A stretch of 63,793 bases of DNA, the filler included, from Reclinomonas americana ATCC 50394 (taxonomy: Eukaryota), in the NCBI GenBank assembly GCA_048213135.1. It is 7 parts of 3 records of this genome, joined end to end, with 100 filler letters (N's around TTAATTAATTAA, not from the genome) between each part and the next. Parts side by side here need not be neighbours in the genome. Positions count along the whole stretch, not along the records: positions 62,040 to 63,793 come from PS015213.1; 6 more parts are not named here. One strand, given 5' to 3'. The notes beneath the pieces are model-generated. The model was not told the DNA's origin and did no database searches. It saw nothing but the letters and a program-made list of their open reading frames with translations. Made by a program: the position numbers and the translations under genes. Positions 62,127 to 63,793 of the stretch are shown one piece after another. Positions within the stretch are counted from its first letter, which is position 1. Each line of letters starts with the position of its first letter.

Positions 62127-63578
62127 ATGTCGACCCCGCTGTCGCCCCGCGCCGAAGCCATTTCCACACGGCTCTACGCAGTGCGTCGACATGTTCCGTC
62201 ACCTCCTCGTCTGTGTCCATGTGTGTTCACCGATAGTGCAGGCACCACTTGCTGCGCACAAGCAACCAACGTGGGATCCGCTGGCGGCGATTGAAGCGGT
62301 ACATACACGCTTGTGTGGAGTCTGCGCATATCTATCTCTGCTCATGTTTTGTGCGTATTTTGTGGCAGTCCAAGAAAGCGGCGAAACCGACGTGGAGAAA
62401 GAGTCCGGAGACCATTCCGGATGTCGGCGTGGGCGATCGTGTCATGGTGTACATTAAGAAGCGAGCCGCGATCGTGCCGACAGCCGGCAGTGCGGCGTCC
62501 TCCAACCCGCAAACGCCGCGGGGGACGACGGCAGCAGCTGCGGCCGACGAGCTGTCGGCTGCCGATGGTGTCGGTTCCATGCTGTCGATTGCCTCCAGTG
62601 TCGCAAATCGCGGTCTGCTGAGTCGGGCGGCTCCGGTGGCGGTCAAGGGCACGGTGGCGTACGTGGGCACCACCGATTTTGCGGAGGGCCTGTGGGCGGG
62701 CGTGGTGCTGCTAACCCGAGGTGCGTGTGTTTTTTTCGAAAAGGGTGGCTGCGCTTCGTGCTTCTGACCATGTGTTGTTTGCAGATGGACGACACGACGG
62801 CGAGGTCGATGGCCGACGGTATTTCACTTGCCCCGACGGGTTCGGCCTGTTTGTGCCCGCCAGCAAGTTGGTGTTGTTGCGCAAAGCGGTGCGTAACGGA
62901 CTCGGAAGTGTGCGCACCCCAGCAGGATGCGTTCTCATTTTTATGAATTGGATTCTGCAGACAACAATTACGGAGCCGCGTGCTGTCCGGGTGGCGCCTG
63001 CGCTGCTATCAGGTCGTGACTTACTAACCGGCGGTGGCGACGAAAGCACAGCGGAGACGGATGCTGCTGTCCCGAACGGGGGGCCGGTACAGCTCGGACG
63101 CTTCTCGCGCCAGTTTTTCCAGGAAAACCTTTACGATCATGCCGTGGAGGAGACACGCGTGCTGCTGGACCGCGTGCGCACCGCCGCGACTTTTGCCGAC
63201 GCCGAGGTCAACTTGGATCGGCTGGACGAGAAGCCGGCGGTGGTCACCGGTCCGCCCAGCCACCAGCTGATCTCGCACACGGAGAGCTCGATTCAGAAAA
63301 CGGTCGAAAACCGTCGCGCACCCTCGCCCAAGTACGATCCGGACGCACCAGATGGTGGCAGTGCTGCGCTTTCCGCCACCGATGTGGCACAGATGGCGCT
63401 GCGACGATACGAGGAAACGCACTCGCACGATCGACGCGCCGCTGCCGCCGCCGGCACCGTGTCCGAGTCGCTGACGGCGCAGTCGCAGAGCGAAAAGGGC
63501 TGGCGCGGGCACACGTACATTGCGCGGGGAGTGGGCAAGGCCAGAACGTTTGCCGATCACGCAGCTGCACAGGAGTAA
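62127..63578 (+). CDS. CAP-Gly domain protein
   Basis: VGDRV...GTVAYVGTTDFAEGLWAGVVL..DGRHDGEVDGRRYFTCPDGFGLFVPASKL. Confidence 0.85.
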
Positions 63579-63702
63579 ACTTGATAATGCCCAAATGATG
63601 ATGTTAGCCAATTTTATTGACGAGATTCCAGCGCAGCCAATTGAACGCAGCAGTTTTTCTTGGCGCGTGCAGCACAAACACACACACACACAAGCAACAA
63701 AC

Positions 63703-63735
63703 ATGGACGTGGAGGCGATATGGTCAGCAGAGCAG
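63703..63735 (+). CDS. First exon of a probable radial spoke protein 11 / ropporin-1-like protein (3'-partial)
   Basis: ATG in aaacATGg context; MDVEAIWSAEQ|gtacgt resembles the recalled RSP11 N-terminus (MDVEPIFCAEQ). Only 11 codons visible. Confidence 0.5.
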
Positions 63736-63793
63736 GTACGTGTGCGCGCGCGCATGTGTGCGTGTGTGCGTGTGCGTGTGCGTTTGTGTGTGA

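Noticed and set aside
1-63793. Alternative genetic code or stop readthrough
   Set aside because: In-frame stops in conserved genes fall in introns, and TAA, TAG and TGA all terminate genes.
1-63793. CRISPR arrays, rRNA, tRNA, transposase or reverse transcriptase genes
   Set aside because: None recognisable by eye; small ncRNAs cannot be excluded without a covariance-model search.

Overview
Draft-assembly (N-gapped, TTAATTAATTAA-linked, pyrosequencing-type noise) nuclear DNA of a GC-rich, gene-dense, very intron-rich eukaryote, probably a flagellated protist (LRRC23-like and RSP11/ROPN1L-like genes); I cannot name the species. About 25 spliced genes can be reconstructed by hand: TM2, alpha/beta hydrolase, MAF1, a TerD-LRRC23 fusion, a papain-family protease, GH30, NELF-C/D, a VPS9 protein, a renalase-like oxidoreductase, tubby, RPB3, a J-domain protein, a DUF5685-like gene, a cytochrome b5/b5-reductase fusion, an acyl-CoA thioesterase, CHTOP-like, exportin-4, 7TM-RGS, translin/TRAX, Obg, CHMP3 and CAP-Gly. 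The most striking signal is a second, abundant class of 5' splice site, GT-T-RNG(T) (GTTGCGT, GTTGAGT, GTTACGT, GTTGTGT): the normal donor with one extra T, seen at 37 hand-counted introns, 36 of which follow a non-G last exon base. Other notable items are 4-14 nt microexons, GC-AG introns, an 87-bp fully paired hairpin, an AAAGT-motif-dense island, a bacterial-type DUF5685 gene with introns, five contigs inverted relative to their genes, and a ~1.8 kb near-identical duplication. All family assignments are from recalled motifs, not database searches.
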